From: an uncultured Acidobacteriota bacterium
GTDB taxonomy: Bacteria; Acidobacteriota; Terriglobia; Terriglobales; Acidobacteriaceae
Assembly: GCA_963720155.1 (NCBI GenBank)
Contig: CAVREP010000016.1
Coordinates: forward strand, 4,847-68,846
Length of the DNA stretch: 64,000 bases
Direction: 5' to 3'
The position numbers and the translations under genes are program-made. Positions 1 through 10,813 of this stretch are shown one piece after another. A model generated the notes under the pieces. That model did no database searches and was not told where the DNA came from. It saw only the letters and a program-made list of their open reading frames with translations. How positions within the stretch are numbered: position 1 is the stretch's first letter; each line of letters starts with the position of its first letter.

Positions 1-138
1 GTTGATTGGCTCGGCGCTCTCCCGGATGGCTTTTTGTTAATCAGGAGTTCGGCATACAAGCGGTCCCTTTTGTCGTAGCATACCGTCTGCTACGAAAATC
101 GCTTCTTGTTCGGCAACTTAGGAACAGGGAGACTCCAA

Positions 139-1365
139 ATGGAAGACCGAGTACTTGGCAGAACGGTTCCCGGGGCGCAATCTGAACGCTCCGACTTATG
201 TCGAGTCATTCGCTTTGGCTGCGTCGTGTTGTTATTGTTCCTGATGGGCGTGCTTCCAACAGTAAGCCAAGCCCAGCGGAGGAAGCCGACCGCCTTAGAA
301 CCAACTCCAGAGCCTGCCATACCCGCAGTTCTTACTGCCTTCGATAGATACGATGTCGTGGCTATGCCAGAAGCGCATGGGATGAAAGATGTAGACGACT
401 TCATCCTTTCTCTCATCCGCGATCCCACCTTCCCCAAAAAGGTAAACGACATCGAAGTCGAGTGCGGCAATTCGCTCTATCAGCCTGTTCTCGACCGTTA
501 CATCGCCGGAGAAGATGTGGCCTTCACTGAAGTCCGCAAAGTGTGGCGAAATACGACGCAGCCTATGTGCGGACACTCTGGCTTCTTCGAGCAATTTTTT
601 CCTCTTGTCCGCGCCATCAATCAGAAGCTTCCCCCAGCCAAGCGCCTCCGTGTGCTGGCTGGCGACCCTCCCATTGACTGGAACCAGGTCAAGACTCCAG
701 AGGACGGGATGAAATTTCTCGATCGCGAACCCAGCATCGTTTCCGTAATGGAAATAGAGGTCCTCTCCAAGCATCGTAAGGCTCTGATGCTTTTCGGCAC
801 ATTTCACCTAATGCATGGGGTCGATCACAGCGCCGTGTCAACCTACGAAAAAATCTATCCCCACCTCACCTTTGTTATCAGCGATCTCGGCATCTACGAT
901 ATGGACCGGCCCGCTACATCCATCAGCCCGTTCGCATCCTGGCCGAATCCGTCGCTTGCCCTAACCAAAGGTACTTGGCTGGGTGCCTTAAATTTGAGCA
1001 ACATTTTCCTGCCGCCGATCATGATCGATCGAGACTGCAAAGTGCACAACGACTTTCCTCCCGAGTTGCAAAAACCAATGGAAGCCTTCGTCGATGCTTT
1101 CCTTTACCTTGGTCCTCAGGAGTTCAAACTGAACGAGCCAATGCCTGCGGACATTGCACTGGATGTGGATTACATGACGGAATTGCAGCAGCGAGAGTCT
1201 CTGACAGGCTTTCCGAGCGAACCCGCGAAGTCGCTGAAAGACTCGAACCAGGAAATTGTGAAGGAGGCCGAAAACCCCCTATTCGGCGCGCCAAAGCCGC
1301 CCGACGCCAAAGACATCGCACAAGGCTGCCTCGACCTCAAGAAGCAGAGCAGTCCGCAACAATAG
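139..1365 (+). CDS. secreted hypothetical protein
   Basis: Long ORF 106..1365. ATG at 139 is preceded by GGGAGA. There is a hydrophobic signal-like segment VVLLLFLMGVLPTVSQAQ. MPEAHG is only a weak hint of a ChaN/Tiki/erythromycin-esterase-like fold. Confidence 0.55.
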   Translation: MEDRVLGRTVPGAQSERSDLCRVIRFGCVVLLLFLMGVLPTVSQAQRRKPTALEPTPEPAIPAVLTAFDRYDVVAMPEAHGMKDVDDFILSLIRDPTFPKKVNDIEVECGNSLYQPVLDRYIAGEDVAFTEVRKVWRNTTQPMCGHSGFFEQFFPLVRAINQKLPPAKRLRVLAGDPPIDWNQVKTPEDGMKFLDREPSIVSVMEIEVLSKHRKALMLFGTFHLMHGVDHSAVSTYEKIYPHLTFVISDLGIYDMDRPATSISPFASWPNPSLALTKGTWLGALNLSNIFLPPIMIDRDCKVHNDFPPELQKPMEAFVDAFLYLGPQEFKLNEPMPADIALDVDYMTELQQRESLTGFPSEPAKSLKDSNQEIVKEAENPLFGAPKPPDAKDIAQGCLDLKKQSSPQQ

Positions 1366-1515
1366 AGACAGGCTCGCGCGTAATCGCGGTAGCTGTTGAG
1401 ATATCGCGATTGCACTCGTTGACCGTACCCACAAATTTCTCAACGAGTGTAATCGCCTGATAGCGTCAGTCTGACATGACACCCGTCACTCCCCACTGGT
1501 TCTGCTTCAACCTGG

Positions 1516-4170
1516 TTACGGTTCTTCGAAGTTCAGAGCGTAGACGTCCTGCGTGCCGGTGTCGCGCAGAAGCAGCGGAGAGTCGTCGGGGGCCATACCG
1601 AGCCAGATGTTGAAAAAACCAGCCTGGCGGAAGTTCTTCAGATCGGCAACGCGCTCGACCTTGTGGTCAGTGAGATGGACCCGCATCACAGAGGGCTGAT
1701 CTTCTTCGTGCAGGAAGTACACGTACTCTGAATTCTTCGACCAGTTGGGGAAACCCATGGTGACGCGGGCGAGCTCCTGCCATTTCTGAGTCTGGAAGTC
1801 GTACAGCATCAGGACGCGCGAATCAGAGTTCATGGCGGCGATATAGCGTCCGTTGGGCGACCAGCGTGGAGAGTAGAGTCCGGTGGAATCAGGCAGACTC
1901 GAAAGCTGGTTCGTTTTCACGTCGAGGATACGGATGCTGCTGTTGGGATTCGCTGGTCCGTTGGCGAAAACGATTCGGGTTCCGTCGGCAGACCAATCGG
2001 CGTCGTATTTCAGTTCGGGGTCGTCGGCGATGAGTTCGCGGGGAGTTCCGCCGTCGGCGGAGACCATATACATCTTCGCGTTCTGCCCGGGCGAAAATCC
2101 GAAGAACACGATCTGCTTGCCGTCGGGAGACCAACTTGGCAGCAGCGCCGCCATAGGCGGGAAACTGAGTTCAATCCGCTGGCTGCCGTCTGGCTTACTC
2201 CTCCAGAGAGTCGCTCCGGGGAAGGTGGAGTAAGCGACCCACTGACCGTCTCTGGAAAATCTGACACTGTCGGCGGAAAGCCCGGAGAGGAATGGAGAGA
2301 ATTGTCCGGACTTCACGTCGTAGCGCGAAAGTTCGCCGTGCTGTAGCGCGCCGACGACGAAGAGCTTCTTGCCATCCTTGCTCAACAGCGGCGAGAAATA
2401 GCCTAAGGGGCCCGAGGTCAGTTGGACTGGCTGCGAAATGGTCTTTCCAAACCAGTTCCTTTTTTCCGCCCGCGACCATATGTTGAAGCCGGACTGAAAT
2501 ATGAAGTAGTTCGCGTCTGGAGTCCACCGACCGCAGCATTCCGAAGCAGTGCTGCGCCAACCGGGCAACAACGCATGCGGATTCGTGCTGTCAGCCCCAA
2601 CCTCCCAGAGAGAGCCCAAAGAGTTGAACCCTCCGCCGAGGCGGAAGCGAATCGACTTCGCATCTGGCGACCAGGCTGGATCAAATACGGCATCAGACAG
2701 CGAGACGAGTTTGCGAGATTCACTGCCATCGCTTTTCGAGAGGAAGAGATTATTGCCGGAACAGTAGACAATCATCTGACCATCCGGTGAAAAGGCAGCG
2801 GCGGGAGTGTCGATGTCGCCCAACTTCCGCGCAGAGCCGCCCAGCACAGGCACGGACCAGAGCGGACCATGGAATGCCGTCTGCCCGACCTCGTCTGCGA
2901 CTAATAGAGTTGAGCCGTCGGGAGAGACAGACAGCGGGGCCATTGTCGGAGTGGGGAGGGGAACACGTGCTACGTCTCCGCCGGTTGCGGCAACCTGCGC
3001 CATGATGGGGCCCTCGGCAGCAAATTCCATGAGATAAAGTCGCGAGCCATCTGTTCCGACCAGGAACTTGGGATTTCCGTCGTGCGTCACCGGAACATAG
3101 CCGGAAACGCTGGGCGTTGGCAGAGGACGTGACTGGAAGTAGTGGAGGACAACTGCCGCCACGACTAAGGCGGCAGCTCCAATTCCCCATATCCTCCATG
3201 CCGGGCGCTTCGGCAGGGCGGCAACGGCGTCGCTTGACGGACGATCTCCAACGTAGATCTCGGAGCGGGAGGCTGAGGTCACGCCAGAGCGGCCGGAGTC
3301 GGTGTCGCGCTTCAAGCGTTGCAGGTCGGCGCGCATCTCCGCTGCGCTCTGGTAGCGTAGGTTGCGATCTTTCTCCAGGGCTTTGTTGATGATGTCTTCC
3401 AGCTTTGGCGACAGCGAGGGATTAAACCGAATCGCGGGCGGTGGAGTCGAATCGAGGATCGCCTTGAAGATGACGCCCGAACTCTCTCCCTGAAACGGCA
3501 ACACTCCAGTCGCCATCTCATACAGCACCGCTCCAAACGAGAACAAATCGGTACGGGCATCCAACTCTCTCGCCCGCACCTGCTCCGGCGACATGTAACA
3601 CACAGTGCCCAGCGCAGCTCCGGGACTGGTCAACTGCTGTTCGTTCACCGTGCGCGTCAGGGTGTTGTCGGATGCCATCTGGCTCGAGGAACTGCCGGCG
3701 GACGCGACCTTCGCCAACCCGAAGTCGAGGATCTTGGCGTGCCCGCGCTCGGTTACAAAGATGTTGGCTGGCTTTATGTCACGATGCACGATGCCCTTGG
3801 CGTGAGCGGCGTCGAGCGCATCGGCCACTTCAGTGGCGAGGGGCAGCAGGACTTCCAGATCCAGCGGGCGCCCCCCGATGCGGTGCTTCAACGTCAGCCC
3901 GTCGAGAAACTCCATGGCGATGAACGCCATCCCGTTTTCTTCGCCAATGTCGTGAATCGTGCAGATGTTCGGATGGTTCAACGCCGAGGCGGCCTGCGCT
4001 TCGCGTTGAAAGCGGGCGAGCGCCTGGGTGTCTCGGGCAACTTCATCAGGGAGGAACTTGAGGGCGACGAACCGGTGCAGGCGGGTGTCTTCGGCCTTAT
4101 AGACAACGCCCATTCCGCCGCCGCCGAGCTTCTCGATGATGCGGTAGTGCGAGATGGTTTGGCCGATCAT
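1516..4170 (-). CDS. Ser/Thr protein kinase with C-terminal TolB/PD40-like beta-propeller
   Basis: 884-aa ORF with ATG at 4170. Kinase motifs [38 protein letters not shown]. One TM segment ([15 protein letters not shown]). The C-terminal half has repeated SPDG/WSPD blades. Confidence 0.9.
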   Translation of the reverse strand: MIGQTISHYRIIEKLGGGGMGVVYKAEDTRLHRFVALKFLPDEVARDTQALARFQREAQAASALNHPNICTIHDIGEENGMAFIAMEFLDGLTLKHRIGGRPLDLEVLLPLATEVADALDAAHAKGIVHRDIKPANIFVTERGHAKILDFGLAKVASAGSSSSQMASDNTLTRTVNEQQLTSPGAALGTVCYMSPEQVRARELDARTDLFSFGAVLYEMATGVLPFQGESSGVIFKAILDSTPPPAIRFNPSLSPKLEDIINKALEKDRNLRYQSAAEMRADLQRLKRDTDSGRSGVTSASRSEIYVGDRPSSDAVAALPKRPAWRIWGIGAAALVVAAVVLHYFQSRPLPTPSVSGYVPVTHDGNPKFLVGTDGSRLYLMEFAAEGPIMAQVAATGGDVARVPLPTPTMAPLSVSPDGSTLLVADEVGQTAFHGPLWSVPVLGGSARKLGDIDTPAAAFSPDGQMIVYCSGNNLFLSKSDGSESRKLVSLSDAVFDPAWSPDAKSIRFRLGGGFNSLGSLWEVGADSTNPHALLPGWRSTASECCGRWTPDANYFIFQSGFNIWSRAEKRNWFGKTISQPVQLTSGPLGYFSPLLSKDGKKLFVVGALQHGELSRYDVKSGQFSPFLSGLSADSVRFSRDGQWVAYSTFPGATLWRSKPDGSQRIELSFPPMAALLPSWSPDGKQIVFFGFSPGQNAKMYMVSADGGTPRELIADDPELKYDADWSADGTRIVFANGPANPNSSIRILDVKTNQLSSLPDSTGLYSPRWSPNGRYIAAMNSDSRVLMLYDFQTQKWQELARVTMGFPNWSKNSEYVYFLHEEDQPSVMRVHLTDHKVERVADLKNFRQAGFFNIWLGMAPDDSPLLLRDTGTQDVYALNFEEP

Positions 4171-4179
4171 ACAGGCAGC

Positions 4180-4208
4180 ATGCTATGGCGGAAGCGTCGC
4201 CAAGTCAA
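4180..4208 (-). promoter_or_regulatory. sigma70-like promoter of kinase 1, near-leaderless
   Basis: On the - strand: TTGACT (4208-4203), 17-nt spacer, TAGCAT (4185-4180), then 9 nt to the ATG at 4170. The paralog has the same layout upstream. Confidence 0.4.
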
Positions 4209-4445
4209 CGAGAGCCATGGAGTTGGCGGTATTGGCGAAAGGATGGTTGGCGTAATATCGCGTTAACACTCAGAATCCCTCAATGAGCGCTATCGCCTGG
4301 TTACAACAGTTACGCCAAGCAACGAGGCAGGACTTTGTCGCTTTGTCGAGCTAGTGCAGCTTCGCGTACTCGGCTTTGGCTTCTTTTCAGGACCGGAATA
4401 TCGCGGTCGGCGCTTTCGAGAGCGTGAGGAATACTCGGCACCTCT

Positions 4446-7160
4446 TTACGGTTTGGACTCTTGCAGGAGCACAACGTCGGAATCGGTGTGGCCGCGGATC
4501 AAACCCAGCTTGCTGCCGTCGAAAGACCAGTGAAGCTCCATGATGTGTTCCGACTTGAAGTCGGTGATCTGCTTTCCCGGCGAACCGTCGAGAGGCTGGA
4601 GCCAGAGGTTATCAGCGTCTTGGTCAGGGAAAGGATAAACGACAGCTTTGCCATCAGGGGTGAAGCGGACAGTCCACTGGACCGGGCGTTGCGGGTCCAG
4701 AAGTTTCGTATTCTGAGGAGAATCGACTGAGACCAATGCCAGCTGTTGCTTAGGATTGCTGGGAGACCCAACGGTTGAAAAAGCTGCCAGCTTGCCGTCT
4801 GGAGAAATGTCGAATCCGTATGCCGGAAGCTCGGAGATCCTTTCCGGCTTCCCTCCTTCTAAAGGCACCCTGGTTAGCTTTGCGCCATTGGCTAAATCCG
4901 AGTAGTACACCCATTTTTCATCTGGAGAACAGATCGCAAATTGGTCCATTTTGCCGTCACTCAGCTGTTTAAGGTTCCCGCCGCCAGCGTCCATCCGCCA
5001 GATGGTTACCGTTCTCACGCCGCCGTGGAGGCCAATCGAGGACACCACATAGCGGCCATTTGCGCACGCCGAAGGCTGAAACGCCAAGCCATCCTGCTGC
5101 GGCGAAGTGAGCGGCGTCATATCTCCACTGTCAGGGTGGAAGAGGTTCAGGGCATCCTGTCCGAGAATCATTTGGCCACCTGGTGTCCAGGCAAAGCTGC
5201 CCACGCGAGCCCCGGAGGTGAGATGCTTCGCTTGGGCGCCGCTCAGGTCAGATGCGGGGGCCACGAAGAGATCGAAGTGATCCTGTTTTAGAACGGTCGC
5301 CAACATGCGCCCATCGGCGGAAAGACTAAGGTCGGAATAATCGTTGACGTCGTGAGTGACACCGTGAGATTTACGGTCTTGATCGGAAATTTCTACAATT
5401 TGCTGGCGAGTGAAATTGGTTTCTCTGCCGGTATAGAGCGCCAGCAAACCGGCGCCATCGACCAACCACGCGGGGTGCGACAGACGCCCGTCTTTGGATT
5501 CGAAGATAAGGTTTTGTTTGCCGGTCATTGCATCGACCGCCACCAATCCGCTGATGGCATCTCTTGGTTGAACGATCACGCAGATAATCGTCTTGCCGTC
5601 GGGCGACCAGGCCGGGTCGTACAAGGATTGATTCATGTTACCGGTAACCAGCGTTTTCCCCTCGCCGGTTTCAAGGGAATAAACTACCAGGCGGAACTTG
5701 CCCAGTTCCGGGTTATTTTGCACGACATATGCAAGACTGCGGCCGTCGGGGGAAAAGGTGATGTTCGTGTCCACGTCGGTGATGAGCTTTTGCGGAGTGC
5801 CACCCAGGACCGGCGCACGATAGAGGTAGTGCAGTAACTTCCCCATCTCCCCGCGGACAAAGTAAAGGTAATTTCCATCGGGAGAGAAGCGTACACCTAT
5901 ATACCGCAACGGCTCGGGAGGCATGACCTGAGTGTTGCTGTTCGTAGGAACGTTCCGTAGCCACAAGCTCTGCTGCCCTTTGTCACCCACGACACTCAAG
6001 ATGTATTTGCCATCTGGAGAGATGGCTGCCCGCGTAACCTTGCCGGTCTCTGTAATCTTGTTGACGGAAAAACTCTGAAACGGAATAGGCCGGGTACGAG
6101 AAAGGAAAGCATAGATGCCATAGGCGGCAGCTGCCACCAGCAAAACGACGATTACGCTGGTGACGCCAATTCCCACTTTGTGCTGGCGTGCGGCGGCCAC
6201 CACAGCTGAACTGCTGCTCGTGTGCGCGGGCTCGGCAACTGCTGGTGCCGAGGCTCCTGATTCTGCGCTCACTGCCGGGACTTGGCGACTGGACTCGGTG
6301 TCACGCCTTAGCCGTTGCAGATCGGCCCGCATCTCCGCCGCACCCTGATACCGCAGATTGCGGTCTTTCTCCAGTGCCTTGCTAATGATCCGTTCCAGTT
6401 CAGCGGGCAAATCAGGATTCAGCCGCACCGCAGGCGTGGGAGCGGCGTCCAAAATGGCTTTAAAGATGACTGCGGAACTCTCTCCACGGAACGGCAACTG
6501 CCCTGTGGCCATCTCATAGAGGACGACTCCAAACGAGAACAGATCAGTCCGGGCGTCCAACTCTTTCGCCCGTGCCTGCTCCGGCGACATATAAGCGACG
6601 GTTCCCAGTGCACTGCCAGGACTTGTCAGATGTTCCTCGGACTCGATGGTCAGGGCGCTCATGGCAACGCTCGCCTGCGTGAGGGAAACCTTGGCCAGCC
6701 CGAAATCCAGAATCTTGGCGTGGCTGTGCTCGGTCACAAAAATGTTCGCAGGCTTTATGTCGCGATGAACAACGCCCTTGGCGTGCGCCGCATTCAGAGC
6801 ATCGGCAATTTCGGTAGCGAGCGATAGAATCAGTTCGGTTTCCAGCGGACGCCCCGCGATGCGGTGCTTCAGCGTCAGGCCATCCAGAAACTCCATGGCG
6901 ATAAAGGACTGGTCACCGTGCTTGCCGATGTCGTAAATGGTGCAGATGTTGGGGTGGTTCAAAGCGGAGGCGGCACGAGCTTCACGGCGGAAGCGTTCCA
7001 ATGCCTGCGAATCTTGGGACACGTCATCGGGCAGGAACTTGAGCGCAACGAAACGACCCAGCTCGGTGTCCTCGGCCTTGTAAACTACGCCCATACCGCC
7101 GCCGCCCAACTTCTCGACGATGCGATAGCGCGAAATGGTCTGGCCGATCACTCGCGGCAA
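4446..7160 (-). CDS. Ser/Thr protein kinase with C-terminal TolB/PD40-like beta-propeller (paralog)
   Basis: 904-aa ORF. Kinase domain is about 80 percent identical by eye to the neighbour ([16 protein letters not shown]). TM segment [21 protein letters not shown]-repeat propeller. The track start is TTG 7160; alignment with the paralog (MIGQTIS) favours GTG at 7151. Confidence 0.9.
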   Translation of the reverse strand: MPRVIGQTISRYRIVEKLGGGGMGVVYKAEDTELGRFVALKFLPDDVSQDSQALERFRREARAASALNHPNICTIYDIGKHGDQSFIAMEFLDGLTLKHRIAGRPLETELILSLATEIADALNAAHAKGVVHRDIKPANIFVTEHSHAKILDFGLAKVSLTQASVAMSALTIESEEHLTSPGSALGTVAYMSPEQARAKELDARTDLFSFGVVLYEMATGQLPFRGESSAVIFKAILDAAPTPAVRLNPDLPAELERIISKALEKDRNLRYQGAAEMRADLQRLRRDTESSRQVPAVSAESGASAPAVAEPAHTSSSSAVVAAARQHKVGIGVTSVIVVLLVAAAAYGIYAFLSRTRPIPFQSFSVNKITETGKVTRAAISPDGKYILSVVGDKGQQSLWLRNVPTNSNTQVMPPEPLRYIGVRFSPDGNYLYFVRGEMGKLLHYLYRAPVLGGTPQKLITDVDTNITFSPDGRSLAYVVQNNPELGKFRLVVYSLETGEGKTLVTGNMNQSLYDPAWSPDGKTIICVIVQPRDAISGLVAVDAMTGKQNLIFESKDGRLSHPAWLVDGAGLLALYTGRETNFTRQQIVEISDQDRKSHGVTHDVNDYSDLSLSADGRMLATVLKQDHFDLFVAPASDLSGAQAKHLTSGARVGSFAWTPGGQMILGQDALNLFHPDSGDMTPLTSPQQDGLAFQPSACANGRYVVSSIGLHGGVRTVTIWRMDAGGGNLKQLSDGKMDQFAICSPDEKWVYYSDLANGAKLTRVPLEGGKPERISELPAYGFDISPDGKLAAFSTVGSPSNPKQQLALVSVDSPQNTKLLDPQRPVQWTVRFTPDGKAVVYPFPDQDADNLWLQPLDGSPGKQITDFKSEHIMELHWSFDGSKLGLIRGHTDSDVVLLQESKP

Positions 7161-7189
7161 ATCTTACGTGGGTGAACCCGGCAAGTCAA
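7161..7189 (-). promoter_or_regulatory. sigma70-like promoter of kinase 2, near-leaderless
   Basis: TTGACT (7189-7184), 17-nt spacer, TAAGAT (7166-7161), 9 nt before GTG 7151. Confidence 0.4.
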
Positions 7190-7248
7190 TGAAAGCCGTA
7201 GAGTTGGGAGCATCTCAAAAGGATTGTTGGCGTAACATCCCGATTTCA

Positions 7249-7353
7249 CTCATCCTATGAAAGAGGATGTCAAGTAAAAAAGATTCTCCCCGCCCCTCTG
7301 AGAGATGCGGGCGTAGTGACTTACATCCAGCCCCACCTCATTCCTCACCTCAT
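7249..7353. repeat. left arm of a 105-bp-arm palindrome flanking the IS110-family element
   Basis: Reverse complement of 9427-9531 at roughly 90 percent identity (aligned by eye). The arm ends ..CATTCCTCACCTCAT. Confidence 0.85.
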
Positions 7354-7728
7354 TCTTAGAGGGGTTATTGGTTTGGTCGCTTTGGCTCGCCGCACGTTTC
7401 CGCGGCGATGCCAACCCCAGTTGCTTGTCCCAACTCGACGGTTTCATGAAGTCAGTGGCGCACGACGCCGTTCGGTTGCGAAGCTACGCAAGCTAAGCGT
7501 TGGCTTAATTTGCCAACCATGATCCTATGTGAGGCTCGAGGCCTACAGCTTTTTTCGGTTATCCGCGGGGGCATAGGATTGACCCGGAGACTCGGTGCTG
7601 GGCTACAGCACACAGAGTGCCTGAATGAGTGAATAGATACTCTCCCGCGAACCGGAGCATCGCAAGAACCGATTGGCTACCACCGAGGCATGAAAACCTT
7701 GGGAGATCACCTGGGTTCTATTTGATGC

Positions 7729-8800
7729 TCAAGCTGCTTGCGTCTTCAGTTGTTCGACGTCGAAACGTACCTCCTTTTTCCAAAGTGTTAACGTAATGGC
7801 CGCGATCTTGCGCGCCAGTGTCAGACGCGCCATCTCCGGCTTCATGCCCTTGGCCAGCAAAGCCGTGTAGAAATCGTGGAATGGTCCCCTGCCACAGCTG
7901 GCCCGGGTGGCTGCACTCTTGAAGATCTCTTTCATCTCATGGTTGTGATTTCGATTCAGCCCACGAACCTGCTGGGGTTTCTTGGAGCGTTGCACTTGTC
8001 CGCTCACAAAGCGGTATTGCGCACTGTCGTGGGTCTCAACGCCCAGGCCACTGTAGGTCCATAGTTGCCGCTTGCTGCGAAACCGGTGCGGGGTTTGCAT
8101 CAGCCCGATCAAGCGCGCCGCTCGAACCGGACCGATGCAAGGAATCTGACGCAGCAGTTTCGCGGCCTTGTGTTTCCGGCTCTCCGCCAAAAACTCGGGT
8201 CGCACCTCTCCCCGCAAGGCCTGCAATCCGTCCAGCTGTTGATAGAGCAGCTCCGCGCGGCGGCGCACGCCGGCTTGTGGGAGCTTGTTTAACCATTCCT
8301 CCCGAGCGCGCGCAGCATAGACCCGGGTGCCGGCACAAGGAATGCCCCAGCCGCGATACAGCGCCTTCAATCGATTCATCACGCGCGTCAAATCTTTGCT
8401 GATGGTCTGATAACTGCGCCCCAACTCGCGTAGCGTCCGCAGTCCATTTTCCCCGTGGTAGACCGGTCTCAGCATCCCGGTGCGTAACAAGTTGGCCAGC
8501 TTGCTGCGCATCCACCTTGTCGCTCTTGTTGCCCTCCTTTAATAAGGCATTGCGCCGCGGATTGCACACCACAATGTGCTGCACCTGCGGCTGCAGCAGG
8601 TCATACAGCCAGGCGGCCCAGGTGCCTTCTTCCCAGGTCACATGCAGCTCGCCCCGTAGACCGTGGAGAAACTGCAGAATGCTGCTGGCTTTGGTTTCGA
8701 TCACGGACTCCATCACCAGCTTCCCGCTCGCATTCTGGACAGCGATCACAATGGCTTCCTTGTGCACGTCCATTCCGATATATTTGACGTCATAACTCAT
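7729..8800 (-). pseudogene. IS110-family (DEDD) transposase, frameshifted
   Basis: The N-terminal part MSYDVKYIGMDVHKEAIVIAV.. (ATG 8800) and the C-terminal part ..LANLLRTGMLRPVYHGE..IPCIGPVRAARLIG.. (ORF 7729..8511) are in different frames. The join is at GATGCGCAGCAAGCTGG (about 8503-8519). A 2-nt loss in a GCGC run would explain the shift. Confidence 0.85.
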
Positions 8801-9042
8801 TTGAGTTGTCTCCTTGGGGGGAAGATCATTCGTGCTAACGCTTGTCTTTCCCCTCAAGGTCAAAATGCCATTCTCTCGCCGACTTGCCTATGTCCTTCTG
8901 CGGTTCATCTCACCGCGTACACCGCAGCAGTTACCCTGAGCGCCGCCGTAGCGGAGCGAAGCCCTGCACAGCGCAGCGCAGCGGAGGCGGCGCCTCATCA
9001 CAGTCGCGACCCTCTGAAGCGGGGCGCTCTTTCATAATGCAT
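8765..9042 (-). repeat. IS 5' end copy A (first 36 nt of tnp plus the 5' non-coding end)
   Basis: Direct repeat of 9192-9418. Carries a 51-nt GC-rich insertion relative to copy B. Confidence 0.85.
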
Positions 9043-9191
9043 CGACCATCTGCGAGATAATTCCCGACGGATTTACGCGTCCCGTCCACATCAGAAGACA
9101 TATCTGGGCGGCTTGATGTTTTTGACGCGCAAGTAGACCTCTGCTTGGCCCCGGTGGTGGGCAGTGTCCGTGAAGGCCCAGCAAAGCACTT

Positions 9192-9418
9192 CACGTCCAT
9201 TCCGATATATTTGACGTCATAACTCATTTGAGTTGCCTCCTTGGGGGAGAGTATTCGTCCTAACGCTTATCTTTCCCCTCAAGGTAAAAATGCCATTCTC
9301 CAGACGATTTGCCTATGTCCTTCTGCAGTTCTTCCCACCGCGTACACCGCAGCGGAGCGGAGGCGGCGCACATCACAGCCGCGACCCTCTGAAGCGGGGC
9401 GCTCTTTCATAATGCATT
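9192..9418 (-). repeat. IS 5' end copy B (truncated after MSYDVKYIGMDV)
   Basis: Same sequence as 8765-9042 minus 51 nt. Abuts the right palindrome arm. Confidence 0.85.
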
Positions 9419-9426
9419 GAGGGTCG

Positions 9427-9531
9427 ATGAGGTGAGGAATGAGGTGGGTCTGGATGTAAGTCACCACACCCGCATCTCTCAGAGGGGCGGGGAAAAGATT
9501 TTTTCCTTGACATCCCTTTTCATAGGATGAG
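9427..9531. repeat. right arm of the 105-bp-arm palindrome
   Basis: Reverse complement of 7249-7353. Confidence 0.85.
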
Positions 9532-9633
9532 CGTAAACGCCTGATCAGCTATGCTGTGGTCAGCACTCAATCGGTTTTTCTTCAAAAACAGAAGTTGCTT
9601 CGCTTCGTCGCGTGATGGGATACTCGCGACATT

Positions 9634-10506
9634 ATGACGCTGGAAGAGTGTCGCCGGTTTTACGCGGAGGAAATACAGTTTGCCGCCAATGTGGGGTCGC
9701 CCACGCTTATCGAGGCCTTTTCGCTGATACCTCGCGAAAAATTCTTAGGACCGGAACCTTGGGAAATTGCATCTGCCGAGATGAGAGGGCTATCGGCATT
9801 GGGTGCCATTCAGATGTCGTATACACCGGTTACTGATCCGCGCCAGTTGTACCACAACGTAGTGGTAGTGCTCGACAAAGCCGCTGACATCAACAATGGG
9901 CAGCCGAGCGCGCTTGCCCGCTGGATTGACGCATTGGATCTCAAGTCGGGCGAGCGTGCTTATCATGTAGGCTGTGGTGTCGGCTACTACACGGCGGTCA
10001 TGGCGGAAGTAGTTGGGCGCGAAGGAAGCGTGATTGCAAGTGAAGTGCGCGCCGATTTGGCGACCCGCGCCCAAGAAAACCTGCGTGGCTACCCCAACGT
10101 AACAGTGCACGCGGGAGACGGTGCAATTTTCGATCCGGGTGCGTGCGACGCCATGCTGATTAATGCAGGTGTAACGCATCCCATCGCACTTTGGCTGGAT
10201 CGCCTGCGCGACGGAGGCCGACTGGTGGTGCCGCTCACCATGGCAACGACGCCCACGCTGGGTATTGGGGTCATGACAAAGATTGCTCGCCGTGGCAGCG
10301 GATTTTCCGCCGAGATCGTCACATCGCTCGCAATCTATTCCTGCACGAGTGTGCGCGATGCGCAACGCGAACCGCTCTTAAGAACAGCCATGACGACTGG
10401 TGCGTTAATGAAGATGAAGTCGGTTCGCCGCGATGCACACGAGCGCACTGATGCGTGTGTAGTGCATGGGACCGACGTCTGTCTGAGCAGTGCGGCAATC
10501 ACCTAA
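9634..10506 (+). CDS. protein-L-isoaspartate O-methyltransferase-like SAM methyltransferase
   Basis: 290 aa. PCMT-type pattern REKFLGPEPW, SAM motif YHVGCGVGYYTAVMAE, LRDGGRLVVPL. Longer than a canonical Pcm. Confidence 0.75.
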   Translation: MTLEECRRFYAEEIQFAANVGSPTLIEAFSLIPREKFLGPEPWEIASAEMRGLSALGAIQMSYTPVTDPRQLYHNVVVVLDKAADINNGQPSALARWIDALDLKSGERAYHVGCGVGYYTAVMAEVVGREGSVIASEVRADLATRAQENLRGYPNVTVHAGDGAIFDPGACDAMLINAGVTHPIALWLDRLRDGGRLVVPLTMATTPTLGIGVMTKIARRGSGFSAEIVTSLAIYSCTSVRDAQREPLLRTAMTTGALMKMKSVRRDAHERTDACVVHGTDVCLSSAAIT

Positions 10507-10780
10507 CGCACGCGCAGCCCTCAACAATAATCCACCATAGCGATGCGACTGTCCCGATTGAGCCGCCATTGAGTGCTGGTCTATTAAGATCGCGCCATAG
10601 ATGGCAGCCCCAACAATCCCAGGTCTGGTCACGGGTAGTGATGGACCTGGGTTTAGATCGGACCCCAAAGTGCACCGGGCCCAGCAGCGGCCCACTCAGA
10701 GTGCGGATAGAAGCACGGCAACGGTGGATGACGTCGACCAGAGTTTCTAGCACTTGGTTAGTTCGGAAAATATTAAGGAC

Positions 10781-10798
10781 GGGCCGCCACGTCGGCCC
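10781..10798 (-). terminator. possible intrinsic terminator of the 853-aa gene
   Basis: GGGCCG / CGGCCC 6-bp stem. On the - strand it is followed by GTCCTTAATATTTTCC, just downstream of the stop at 10814. Confidence 0.4.
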
Positions 10799-10813
10799 TA
10801 TGTCCGCGTCGAA

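Larger units (their letters stand above)
7354..9426 (-). mobile_element. IS110-family insertion sequence, rearranged (duplicated 5' end)
   Basis: Between the palindrome arms, in order: a 375-nt 3' non-coding end (7354-7728); a frameshifted DEDD transposase; a 5' non-coding end (8801-9042); a 149-nt unrelated spacer; a second truncated copy of the 5' end (9192-9426). Confidence 0.8.

Noticed and set aside
8500-8520. Programmed ribosomal frameshifting in the IS110 transposase.
   Set aside because: This is not a known feature of the family. There is no slippery heptamer, and the site is a GC dinucleotide run consistent with a simple 2-nt deletion.
8931-9227. A 98-aa ORF starting MSYDVKYIGMDV.
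   Set aside because: Only the first 12 codons match the transposase. The rest is the unrelated 149-nt spacer and IS non-coding end read through. It is a truncated duplicate, not a gene.
7250-9467. ORFs 7250..7447, 7316..7522 and 9279..9467, which encode similar THLIPHLI peptides.
   Set aside because: They are mirror images produced by the palindrome arms. They have no ribosome-binding sites or coding bias.
9506-9535. An outward-facing TTGACA in the right palindrome arm as a promoter for the methyltransferase gene.
   Set aside because: No acceptable -10 hexamer lies at 16-19 nt spacing.
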